A stretch of 32,000 nt of DNA from assembly GCF_000011805.1 (NCBI RefSeq), contig NC_006841.2; one strand, 5' to 3'. The notes beneath the pieces are model-generated. The model made no database searches. It saw only the letters and a program-made list of their open reading frames with translations, and had not been told where the DNA came from. Every line of letters starts with the position of its first letter. Positions within the stretch are counted from its first letter, which is position 1. A program made the position numbers and the translations under genes. Shown here piece by piece: positions 1 through 8,474 of the stretch. This stretch comes from Aliivibrio fischeri ES114 (GTDB lineage: Bacteria > Pseudomonadota > Gammaproteobacteria > Enterobacterales > Vibrionaceae).

Positions 1-101
1 TTAGTTAAAAATTGACTAATAAATATCAATGGCACAAGCGAGCAAATAATCAAAACGTAAGTGAATGCTTTACGTAAGCTCACATATGGGCGAGAAATCA
101 T
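1..101 (-). CDS. N-terminus of a membrane protein, truncated by the window edge (MISRPYVSLRKAFTYVLIICSLVPLIFISQFLT...)
   Basis: Open frame to the window edge starting at ATG 101..99. It overlaps the stop of the upstream gene as ATGA. Hydrophobic helix visible. Too short to name a family. Confidence 0.55.
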   Translation of the reverse strand, partial: MISRPYVSLRKAFTYVLIICSLVPLIFISQFLT

Positions 102-1261
102 GATCCTTCTACCTTTTTAGAAAAACGATCAATCAATTGATTAATATAAAGCATGGTTTCTTCTTTAGGCATACCATCAGAATAACGAGATACGCCTCTT
201 GCTAGAGCTTCCCAAATAAACGAGACTCGCACACTTGTTGGCATCGGCTGCGATTGTAAATATTGTTGATACACTGCATACATCACTTCTTGATCAGGTT
301 GTATCGATATTTGATTTACTTCCGTTGAAGCCGAGATATATTGATGCTCATTAATTAATTTAGTCAAAAATGCTTTGTCTTGAACCATAGTCAATAACTG
401 TTTAATCATCACTCTTTTAGCTGGGTTCTGTAATGCTGTTTTCGTGATCATTAGTACTTTACCTGCAGATAGAGATTTCATTGGTATACCACGATAACTT
501 GGTAATGAGGCAATGCCGAGGTTACTACCGAACTTTTCACGTAAATCACTTACCGCCCAGTCCCCATCAATAAGGTATGACGCTTTACCATCTATAAATA
601 ACTGTCGACTACATAAACTATTACATTGAGACCCCAAGTGATTCAATCTTACTAATTCATGAAAGAAAACTAATGTATTCATGCATTCATGATCTTTAAA
701 ATGAATCTGATCAAGCGGTATCTCTGGATGAAATAAACTAAAAAAAGCCGAAAAGAAATACATATCACGCGAGCTAAACGCAATGTGTGTTTTCTCTGGT
801 TCTTTTTCAGATAACGCTTGTAATTGCTCCCACTGAGTAACAGGGGTAGGAGTCTTACTCTTATCGTAAAAAAGCATTAAATGATTACCAAGAAATAGAG
901 GTAAGCCCATATAACTATCACCTACCATCGCACTTTGGCGCGCAGCTGGCTCTAACTGATCTTGATTTATCCACACTTTTGGAATCGGTGAAATACCTAT
1001 AAATTTATGCAACCCAAGAAAATCAGAAGGCACCCACGCCACATCTGGCATGTAATTTTTAGATCTTGAAGCTAATAAGAGTTCTGCTTTCATTTCATCA
1101 ATTGAGAATTTACGAATCATCAATTGGTTCCCTGTTCTTACTTCAAATTCAGCTGCTAACTCCTGATCAACGTTATCGCCAAATGCACTCCAAAATTCAA
1201 GCATTTCCGCTTTCGATATAAATGAAATAAATAATAATATAAGGGTGAAGAATTTAGACAT
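98..1261 (-). CDS. Extracellular solute-binding protein (MalE-like periplasmic binding protein)
   Basis: 387 aa. Signal peptide, LEFWSAFG...EFEVRTG N-terminus typical of family 1 binding proteins, ...YMPDVAWVPSD..., FLGNHLMLFYDKS. Confidence 0.75.
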   Translation of the reverse strand: MSKFFTLILLFISFISKAEMLEFWSAFGDNVDQELAAEFEVRTGNQLMIRKFSIDEMKAELLLASRSKNYMPDVAWVPSDFLGLHKFIGISPIPKVWINQDQLEPAARQSAMVGDSYMGLPLFLGNHLMLFYDKSKTPTPVTQWEQLQALSEKEPEKTHIAFSSRDMYFFSAFFSLFHPEIPLDQIHFKDHECMNTLVFFHELVRLNHLGSQCNSLCSRQLFIDGKASYLIDGDWAVSDLREKFGSNLGIASLPSYRGIPMKSLSAGKVLMITKTALQNPAKRVMIKQLLTMVQDKAFLTKLINEHQYISASTEVNQISIQPDQEVMYAVYQQYLQSQPMPTSVRVSFIWEALARGVSRYSDGMPKEETMLYINQLIDRFSKKVEGS

Positions 1262-1518
1262 GGGATTGTTTTTACAAGTCAGATAAAAATGGAAAATATG
1301 CAGAGTAAATTAGTATAGTTTTAAGGTTGAATATTATATCAGATAAAGCTTAATTTACCTCTTTCTATTTATAAAATACCTCTTTAGGAGTTCATATTAG
1401 GTATTGAACTTCGCCCTTTAAATTTCCAAAAAAGAAAAGACTCTTTGAATTAATTTCACTAACTGAAACAGCAATAATTTCATTAGAATATAACCATACT
1501 AATAAAAAGGGTTTTATC

Positions 1519-3045
1519 ATGAGTCAAGAACGTTTCTATAGCATCATTACCGATGCCAATTTGTCACCAAAACAAAAATCAAACTACTTAGCATTAGAAG
1601 CTGAAGCAAGTTTGCCTTATATGGAAATTAATACAGAAACTCGCAAAGCAATGGATGACGGCGTTCTTTGTGATATGTTTGAAGGCCATGCCCCTTTTAA
1701 ACCTCGCTATGTATTACCTGATTACGCTAAGTTTTTAACTCAAGGTTCAGAATATTTAGAGTTAAGCCCAGCAGAAAATTTTGATGATGCATTAAATTTA
1801 CTCACCATCATTTATCATCATGTCCCTTCTGTTACTTCTATTCCTGTTTATCTTGGTCAACTTGATACTGTACTTCTGCCTTATGTTGGCGCCCTTAGCG
1901 ATGAAGAAATTTACCAAAAAATAAAACGTTTTTGGATCATGTTAGATCGCACCCTTCCTGATGCATTCATGCACGTAAACATTGGCCCAACGGACAATAT
2001 CATTTGTCGCACCATCTTACGTGTCGATGCTGAACTAAAGCAAATTGCTCCAAACTTGACCTTCATGTATGACGCAGACATCACGCCTGACGACCTACTG
2101 CGCCAAGCGGCATCTAATATTTGTGAATGCAGCAAGCCTCACATTGCTAACTACCCTGTACATGCACAAGCGTATAATAATACAGGCTTTGGCATTGTAA
2201 GTTGTTATAACTCACTGCCTCTTGCTGGTGGCTCAAACACCTTAGTTCGTATGAACTTAAAAGAAGCCGCTAAGAAAGCAGAAAACAAATCCGATTTCGT
2301 TAACCATGTTCTGCCTCATTACTGCAATATCATGTTTGGCTTAATTGAAACTCGTAGTGCTTTCTTACATGAAAAATCAAACTTCTTTGAAGGCTTCTTA
2401 ACTAAAGAAGGCCTTATCAATGAAGACCGCTTTGCCCCCATGTTCGGTATTTACGGCATGGCTGAAGCTGTTGATATTTTGATGGAAAAAGAAGGTATCG
2501 AAGCCAAATATGGTCATGATGAAATCGCAAACCAATTAGGTCATGCGATTTCTAAACAATTATCAGAAATCGTTGATGCGACAGATGTAAAATATGGCTA
2601 TCACGGTAAAGCACTGCTTCATGCTCAAGGTGGTATCAGTTTAGATATCGATGTAACACCAGGGGTTCGTATTCCTTATGGCACAGAACCGGATCCAGTT
2701 AGCTATGTACAAGCAACCGTTGGCCACCACCAATACTACACGTCGGGTATTAGCGATATTTTAACGATTGATGAAACAGTAAAATCAAACCCTGAAGCTA
2801 TGTTTAATTTAGCTAAAGGGGCCTTACAATTAGGTTATCGTGAGTTTACCGCAAACGTTGCTTCAAATGATTTAGTTCGAATCACAGGTTACATGGTGAA
2901 ACTGTCTGATATCGCAAAATACGATGCTGAAGGCTCACGAACCAATACCACTTTCTTAGGGGCAGAAGCGGCGAAAAATACAGAAGTATTAAATCGTACT
3001 CCGCGTGTTGCTGCGTTAGAAACGACACCAACCTACGCTAAGTAA
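1519..3045 (+). CDS. yjjI: YjjI family glycyl radical enzyme
   Basis: 508 aa. Candidate active Cys in GIVSCYNSLPLAGGSN; glycyl-radical-like C-terminal motif LVRITGYMVKLSD. The next gene is a dedicated YjjW-type activase. Confidence 0.88.
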   Translation: MSQERFYSIITDANLSPKQKSNYLALEAEASLPYMEINTETRKAMDDGVLCDMFEGHAPFKPRYVLPDYAKFLTQGSEYLELSPAENFDDALNLLTIIYHHVPSVTSIPVYLGQLDTVLLPYVGALSDEEIYQKIKRFWIMLDRTLPDAFMHVNIGPTDNIICRTILRVDAELKQIAPNLTFMYDADITPDDLLRQAASNICECSKPHIANYPVHAQAYNNTGFGIVSCYNSLPLAGGSNTLVRMNLKEAAKKAENKSDFVNHVLPHYCNIMFGLIETRSAFLHEKSNFFEGFLTKEGLINEDRFAPMFGIYGMAEAVDILMEKEGIEAKYGHDEIANQLGHAISKQLSEIVDATDVKYGYHGKALLHAQGGISLDIDVTPGVRIPYGTEPDPVSYVQATVGHHQYYTSGISDILTIDETVKSNPEAMFNLAKGALQLGYREFTANVASNDLVRITGYMVKLSDIAKYDAEGSRTNTTFLGAEAAKNTEVLNRTPRVAALETTPTYAK

Positions 3046-3053
3046 TTGCATTT

Positions 3054-3965
3054 ATGGTTAACACTGCCCTTTTAAACGGTGATAGCGTCAACTATGAAAA
3101 AACAGGAATGGTCAGTAAAGTGCTGACCTTTTCTTGTGTTGATGGACCGGGTAATCGCCTTGTGATCTTCTTACAAGGCTGTAACTATGACTGCATTACT
3201 TGTCATAACCCTCATACCATTAATCATTGTGACCACTGCGGTGATTGCGTCGCTCATTGCCCTACTAACGCATTAACGTTTGATGACTCACCAAGTCCAA
3301 AAGTCATCTGGAATGAACCTCTGTGTACTCAATGTGACAAATGCATTGATGTTTGCCCAAGTAAATCGAATCCTAAAATCACCCTATATTCGGTTCAACA
3401 ATTACTTGATTTGACCAAAAAACATGCACCTTTTTTAAGTGGAGTAACGGTTTCAGGAGGAGAAGCGACACTGCAACTTCCCTTTATTATTGAGTATTTT
3501 AAAGCAATTAAAGGCACTGATTCGTTACGTCATTTAACCTGTTTTATTGATAGTAACGGCAGCTTATCTGAGCAAGGTTGGAACAAAGTCCTACCTTATT
3601 TAGATGGTGCCATGATTGACTTAAAAGCATGGCAAAATGAAACGCATTTATGGCTCGTTGGTAGAGACAATCATCGAGTATTAAACACAATAAGCCTACT
3701 AACTCAGCACAATAAACTTCATGAAGTACGTTTACTGTATATTCCCAATAAAACCGATTTACTCACTGAAGTGGATGCGGTGAGCGACTATCTAAAAACG
3801 TTACCTGAACACGTTCAGATCCGATTAAACGCCTTTCAACATCACGGCGTTATTGGTGAAGCATTAACGTGGGAAAAATGCAGCAAAACACAAATGGAAG
3901 AATTTGAAGCCAACCTAGTACAAAGATTAGGTCGTAAAGTGATAACTCCATCTATTTATACTTAA
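3054..3965 (+). CDS. yjjW: YjjW family glycyl radical enzyme activase (radical SAM)
   Basis: Radical SAM CNYDCITC (CxxxCxxC), plus two ferredoxin clusters CDHCGDCVAHCP and CTQCDKCIDVCP. Directly downstream of yjjI. Confidence 0.9.
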   Translation: MVNTALLNGDSVNYEKTGMVSKVLTFSCVDGPGNRLVIFLQGCNYDCITCHNPHTINHCDHCGDCVAHCPTNALTFDDSPSPKVIWNEPLCTQCDKCIDVCPSKSNPKITLYSVQQLLDLTKKHAPFLSGVTVSGGEATLQLPFIIEYFKAIKGTDSLRHLTCFIDSNGSLSEQGWNKVLPYLDGAMIDLKAWQNETHLWLVGRDNHRVLNTISLLTQHNKLHEVRLLYIPNKTDLLTEVDAVSDYLKTLPEHVQIRLNAFQHHGVIGEALTWEKCSKTQMEEFEANLVQRLGRKVITPSIYT

Positions 3966-4012
3966 AAGATAACAATATGTTAAACACTAGAATAAAAACA
4001 AATTCCTAATAC

Positions 4013-4052
4013 AAATAGCCAACACCATCCCCCTTGTGTTGGCTATTTTTTT
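4013..4052 (+). terminator. Rho-independent terminator downstream of yjjW
   Basis: Perfect stem AAATAGCCAACAC / GTGTTGGCTATTT followed by a T-run. Confidence 0.88.
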
Positions 4053-4108
4053 ATAGTTATTTTGAAAATACTGCGGCTAAATAACGATTATTTAAGCCTT
4101 TAGTAACA

Positions 4109-5053
4109 TCATTCGAATGTTATATCGCTTACTTGTTCTTTTATGCGATTCAACAACCAACTCAATGCTTGATCATTCAAACTCAGCTTATTATAAACCA
4201 CGCTATAAGCGACTTGACCATAACCAAATGGCAATGTTTTTTGAACTAATCCTTGCGCTTGTTTTGTCACTTCAAACCACTTTTTTGAACTTGTAAATAA
4301 AAAATCAGATTGCTGACACATAGCTGCTGCGCTACCGAAATCAGCAACGAACATCGCCATCGTTCTAGACTGATGCTGTTGTGTTAGTAGCTGTTCAAAA
4401 TAAGGCTTATTAAGTTCTTTATCAAAAATACCTATGTGTTTATAAGAAAGATAATCTTCAATAGTTAATTCATCTTTTGCTAAAGGATGATCCTCTCGCA
4501 TTAAACAAACCATCTCATCTTCGATAACACTTTCCCATACTAGCTGCTTTTCATTTGTCGGTGGCTGACTCTTATCATGAGGTAAAATAATCAGGTCAAC
4601 TTGCCCATTAAGTAATGCATCAAACCCCAATTGCTCCTTTGAATGAATATTTATTTGAGCATTTGTCGCTTGATTTGACAAAATATCGCTAATAACAGGA
4701 GCAAAAACTTCAAGAGTACTTTCTCGCATAGAAAGAGAAAAACGACCAGAAAACAATGCCGGATCAAACGTAGATTGGTTAAGCAGGCCATTCATATTAT
4801 TTAAAATCAAATGAACCGTTGGTCCTATTTTCACGGCATAAGGTGTTGGAATTAGCTGTGTTCCATCTCGATAAAACAATTCATCATTCAATACCTTTCG
4901 TAGTTGAGTTAATGTTTTACTGACACTGGATGGACTCATGCATAGTGTTTCAGCACTTTTAGTAACACTGTGAGTCGAAAGCATAATATGCAAAGCCGTC
5001 AAATGCTTAAAACTAATACGAGAAAGTTGAATAAGATCCATTAGTGTCCACAA
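4109..5053 (-). CDS. LysR family transcriptional regulator
   Basis: 314 aa. N-terminal HTH (ALHIMLSTHSVTKSAETLCMSPSSVSKTLTQLRKVLNDELFYRDG) and substrate-binding domain. Confidence 0.9.
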   Translation of the reverse strand: MWTLMDLIQLSRISFKHLTALHIMLSTHSVTKSAETLCMSPSSVSKTLTQLRKVLNDELFYRDGTQLIPTPYAVKIGPTVHLILNNMNGLLNQSTFDPALFSGRFSLSMRESTLEVFAPVISDILSNQATNAQINIHSKEQLGFDALLNGQVDLIILPHDKSQPPTNEKQLVWESVIEDEMVCLMREDHPLAKDELTIEDYLSYKHIGIFDKELNKPYFEQLLTQQHQSRTMAMFVADFGSAAAMCQQSDFLFTSSKKWFEVTKQAQGLVQKTLPFGYGQVAYSVVYNKLSLNDQALSWLLNRIKEQVSDITFE

Positions 5054-5124
5054 ATAAGAATTAACCGAGAATACACATTATAAAACATTTTGTAGTTGAA
5101 ATGACAAATGACATCCTTTACCAT

Positions 5125-5280
5125 CCATCACCTTACTCTTTGGGGAGTAGCCTGCTTTCTCGTTTTCATAAAAATACATAAAACAGAAAGCTCATATATC
5201 AACATAATTGATGCAAAATCATCATGGTATATGAGACAAGCCTGAGCAGCTTGTTTGGCAAGACCTTAGATTAACATCAC
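5125..5280 (+). promoter_or_regulatory. yybP-ykoY (manganese-sensing) riboswitch; boundaries approximate
   Basis: Conserved TTTGGGGAGTAGCC (about 5139-5152), internal TCAACATAA, 3' conserved GGCAAGACCTTAG (about 5257-5269). Lies upstream of a UPF0016/GDT1-family gene, a known target class. Confidence 0.9.
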
Positions 5281-5309
5281 GAACCATTGGGTGGGCGTGA
5301 GGTTTTTCT

Positions 5310-5339
5310 ATGGTTTTTATAATTATAATCCCACCCTAA
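5310..5339 (+). CDS. Putative 9-residue leader peptide MVFIIIIPP, translationally coupled to the downstream gene
   Basis: GAGG (5299-5302) is 7 nt before ATG 5310. ATG GTT TTT ATA ATT ATA ATC CCA CCC TAA; the stop overlaps the next ATG (TAATG). Confidence 0.45.
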   Translation: MVFIIIIPP

Positions 5340-5908
5340 TGAGTAATGTCGTGAGTGTATTAGCAATATCAATAACCACCGTAGCCTTAGCGGAGATCGG
5401 TGACAAAACCCAACTCCTCTCTTTACTGCTTGCCAGTAGATACCGAAAACCAATTCCTATTATTGCCGCAATTTTTTTTGCAACCATAGTAAATCATGCT
5501 TTAGCTGCCTATTTAGGTGTCGTCGTTGCTGACCTTTTAACTCCTGAAACACTAAGATGGGTGTTAATCATCAGTTTTATAGCAATGGCTGGTTGGGTAT
5601 TAATTCCTGATAAGCTAGATGATGATGAAGCTATATCAAATAGAGGCCCTTTTGTTGCCAGTTTCATCGCCTTTTTTATTGCTGAAATTGGAGATAAAAC
5701 TCAAATAGCTACTTCTATTCTAGGAGCTCAAAATGCAGATGCGCTGCATTGGGTTATTTTAGGCACAACCATTGGCATGCTATTAGCAAACGTTCCTGTT
5801 GTATTAATAGGAAAGCTTTCAGCAAATAAGTTGCCATTAACTCTAATCCATAGAATTACCGCTGTTATTTTCTTGGGACTGGCTGTCGGTACGTTCTTAG
5901 GGGTGTAA
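5339..5908 (+). CDS. mneA: TMEM165/GDT1 (UPF0016) family manganese exporter, MneA-like
   Basis: Two ExGDK(T/S) signature motifs (ALAEIGDKTQLLSLL, FIAEIGDKTQIATS). Preceded by a Mn riboswitch. Start placed at ATG 5339 rather than the GTG at 5291. Confidence 0.88.
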   Translation: MSNVVSVLAISITTVALAEIGDKTQLLSLLLASRYRKPIPIIAAIFFATIVNHALAAYLGVVVADLLTPETLRWVLIISFIAMAGWVLIPDKLDDDEAISNRGPFVASFIAFFIAEIGDKTQIATSILGAQNADALHWVILGTTIGMLLANVPVVLIGKLSANKLPLTLIHRITAVIFLGLAVGTFLGV

Positions 5909-6085
5909 CCTCAATCAGTTTTAATTCTCTTCAATAAGACTGATTCATGAAAAGCGAATTATAAAATGACTCAAACTACAGGTTAACTTGTTTTCTATTA
6001 ATAAGCCCTTATGTTTGTAATAGAAGCAGATCATCCTTGGATGATCTGCAGCCTATTTTACAGACGTTTAATAATGGACTGCCTT

Positions 6086-6808
6086 ATGAACCCAGTTATC
6101 GATACCATTTTAGAGCATTGCTCTATTCGCTCTTTTACTAATGAACCTATCCCTAAAGAACAATTAGATACCATCATCAGCGCTGGTATTGCGGCCTCTT
6201 CTTCTAGCTTGCTCCAAGTCAATTCGATTATTCGAATTACCGATAAGGAAAAACGAAAAGCATTAGTTGAGCTATCAGGAGGCCAACCTTATGTTGAAGG
6301 TGCGGCTGAGTTTCTTGTTTTCTGTATTGATTTTCAACGTCATTATGAAATGAACCCAGAGATCAAAGCCGAATTTACCGAACTTACTCTTATTGGTGCT
6401 GTTGATGCAGGTATTATGGCGCAAAATTGTCTTTTAGCTGCAGAATCTATGGGATTAGGAGGTGTGTATATCGGTGGGTTACGTACAAACGCACAAGGCG
6501 TAGATGATTTATTAGAACTGCCAAAAAACACAGCTGTTTTGTTTGGTATGTGCCTAGGTTACCCAAATCAAGCGCCTCAAAAAAAGCCACGTTTAAGTCC
6601 TGATGTTATTGTTCATGAAAATACTTATCAGCCGCTGGATAAAAGTAAAATTGATGAATATGACGAAATAATGCAAAGCTATTATGCAAGGCGTTCAACA
6701 AACCAAAAACAAAGTTCATGGTCAGAACAAATTACAGGAAAACTGTCGCAAGAATCTCGCCCTCACATTAAAGGCTACTTAAATAATAAAGGTCTAGCTA
6801 TTAAGTGA
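6086..6808 (+). CDS. nfsA: NfsA-like oxygen-insensitive NAD(P)H nitroreductase
   Basis: HCSIRSFTNEPIPKEQLDTIISAGIAASSSSLLQV... and GLGGVYIGGLR...LPKNTAVLFGMCLGYP are typical of NfsA/flavin reductases. Start placed at MNPVID; the upstream extension in the ORF is poor. Confidence 0.85.
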   Translation: MNPVIDTILEHCSIRSFTNEPIPKEQLDTIISAGIAASSSSLLQVNSIIRITDKEKRKALVELSGGQPYVEGAAEFLVFCIDFQRHYEMNPEIKAEFTELTLIGAVDAGIMAQNCLLAAESMGLGGVYIGGLRTNAQGVDDLLELPKNTAVLFGMCLGYPNQAPQKKPRLSPDVIVHENTYQPLDKSKIDEYDEIMQSYYARRSTNQKQSSWSEQITGKLSQESRPHIKGYLNNKGLAIK

Positions 6809-6872
6809 TATAAGCATAAATAGAGAAAACAACTAAACTTAAAAACAATAAATACGATTTTAAGGTGTTGTT

Positions 6873-8243
6873 ATGCTTTCTATCTTTGATATTTTCAAAA
6901 TTGGTGTTGGTCCATCAAGTTCTCATACTAATGGACCAATGATTGCGGGTTATCATTTTACTCAACTGATTGAGCCCTACTTACCTCAAATAACACGCAT
7001 TCAAGTCGATCTTTATGGCTCTCTTTCATTAACAGGTATAGGGCACCATACTGATCGTGCAACGCTTCTGGGTTTACTTGGAAACAAACCCGATACGATA
7101 AAAATAACCAGTGCTAATCGCACTATGCGTAAGGCAATAGAAGAACATGCCCTCCAACTCTCTGGCAAATCAACCATCTCCTTCGATTATGAAACGGACA
7201 TGTTGTTTCATAAAACGAATTTACCTCTTCATGAAAATGGCATGACTATTTCTGCTTTTACTACTGATAATAAACAAATTGCAATCGAAACATATTACTC
7301 TGTTGGCGGCGGTTTCATCGCAACCGAAAGCGAGCTTAAAAATGAAAATCAAACACCAGAAATCAAAGTAGAATTCCCTTTTAGCTCTGCGGATGAAATG
7401 CTAGAAAAAGCAGAAAAGCATGGACTCAGCCTAAGTGGATTAGTCTTACGTAACGAAGTCTCATTCCAATCAATAGAAGCAATTAACTCTAAAGCAGACC
7501 AAATCTGGAAAGTCATGTCCCTTTGCATGGAAAGAGGCTTTCAAACTGAAGGCATTCTTGAAGGTGGCTTAAATGTCACCCGTAGAGCACCGGCATTACT
7601 CAAAAAATTAGAAGTGAATACATCCACACATAATGACCCTATGGAAGTATTAGATTGGGTGAATCTGTTTGCTTTTGCCGTTAGCGAAGAAAATGCAGCG
7701 GGAGGTCAGGTTGTAACCTCCCCAACTAACGGTGCAGCAGGTGTGATCCCAAGTGTTTTGATGTACTACCACAAATTTATTAAACCCTTAGACACTAAGC
7801 AACTTAAAGACTTTTTAGCCGTATCGGGTGCTATCGGTATTTTATACAAAACTAACGCCTCTATCTCTGGAGCCGAAGTTGGTTGCCAAGGCGAAGTTGG
7901 TGTGTCGTCCTCCATGGCGGCCGCTGGGCTAACATCGCTTCTTGGTGGCAGTAATGAACAAATTTGCATGGCCGCTGAAATTGCAATGGAACATTCCTTA
8001 GGCATGACTTGTGACCCCATTGGGGGACTGGTTCAGGTTCCTTGTATCGAACGAAACGCAATGGGAGCAATGAAAGCCATAAATGCTTCACGTATGGCGT
8101 TAAAGCGCACAAGCAAATGCTTAATCTCACTAGATAAAGTCATTGAGACCATGTACCAAACAGGAAAAGACATGAATAAGAAATATCGAGAAACTTCATT
8201 AGGAGGATTGGCTTTAATTCATATGGCTCCTCCTTGTGAGTAA
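6873..8243 (+). CDS. sdaA: L-serine ammonia-lyase (iron-sulfur type)
   Basis: 456 aa. MLSIFDIFKIGVGPSSSHTNGPM...; GPTNGAAGVIPSVLMYY-like region; AEIAMEHSLGMTCDPIGGLVQVPCIERNAMGA. Confidence 0.95.
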   Translation: MLSIFDIFKIGVGPSSSHTNGPMIAGYHFTQLIEPYLPQITRIQVDLYGSLSLTGIGHHTDRATLLGLLGNKPDTIKITSANRTMRKAIEEHALQLSGKSTISFDYETDMLFHKTNLPLHENGMTISAFTTDNKQIAIETYYSVGGGFIATESELKNENQTPEIKVEFPFSSADEMLEKAEKHGLSLSGLVLRNEVSFQSIEAINSKADQIWKVMSLCMERGFQTEGILEGGLNVTRRAPALLKKLEVNTSTHNDPMEVLDWVNLFAFAVSEENAAGGQVVTSPTNGAAGVIPSVLMYYHKFIKPLDTKQLKDFLAVSGAIGILYKTNASISGAEVGCQGEVGVSSSMAAAGLTSLLGGSNEQICMAAEIAMEHSLGMTCDPIGGLVQVPCIERNAMGAMKAINASRMALKRTSKCLISLDKVIETMYQTGKDMNKKYRETSLGGLALIHMAPPCE

Positions 8244-8398
8244 TAATGACCGTTCTATTCTTCCATGAGGATCTTCTTCTACAGGTCTAAATAACTCGAT
8301 TAAGCCCTATTTCCATAGTTTGATTTACATAACAGAAATACAAATCAACCACTTTAATTTGTGACTACTATCATACTATTCCCACACAAATAGATAAG

Positions 8399-8429
8399 AG
8401 CGGAAAAATTTCCGCTTTTTACTTTTTTA
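8399..8429 (+). terminator. Hairpin/terminator upstream of nupC
   Basis: AGCGGAAA AA TTTCCGCT stem followed by TTTTACTTTTTT. Confidence 0.75.
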
Positions 8430-8474
8430 GCCGCCGTATTGTCTCATTACCTTTTAAATCCTTTGGAGTATTTC

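Noticed and set aside
5291-5338. Use of GTG 5291 as the start of the Mn exporter (205-aa ORF)
   Set aside because: The first 16 residues are non-conserved in type, there is no SD, and the region holds a structured stem plus a short ORF in another frame. ATG 5339 begins the normal family N-terminus.
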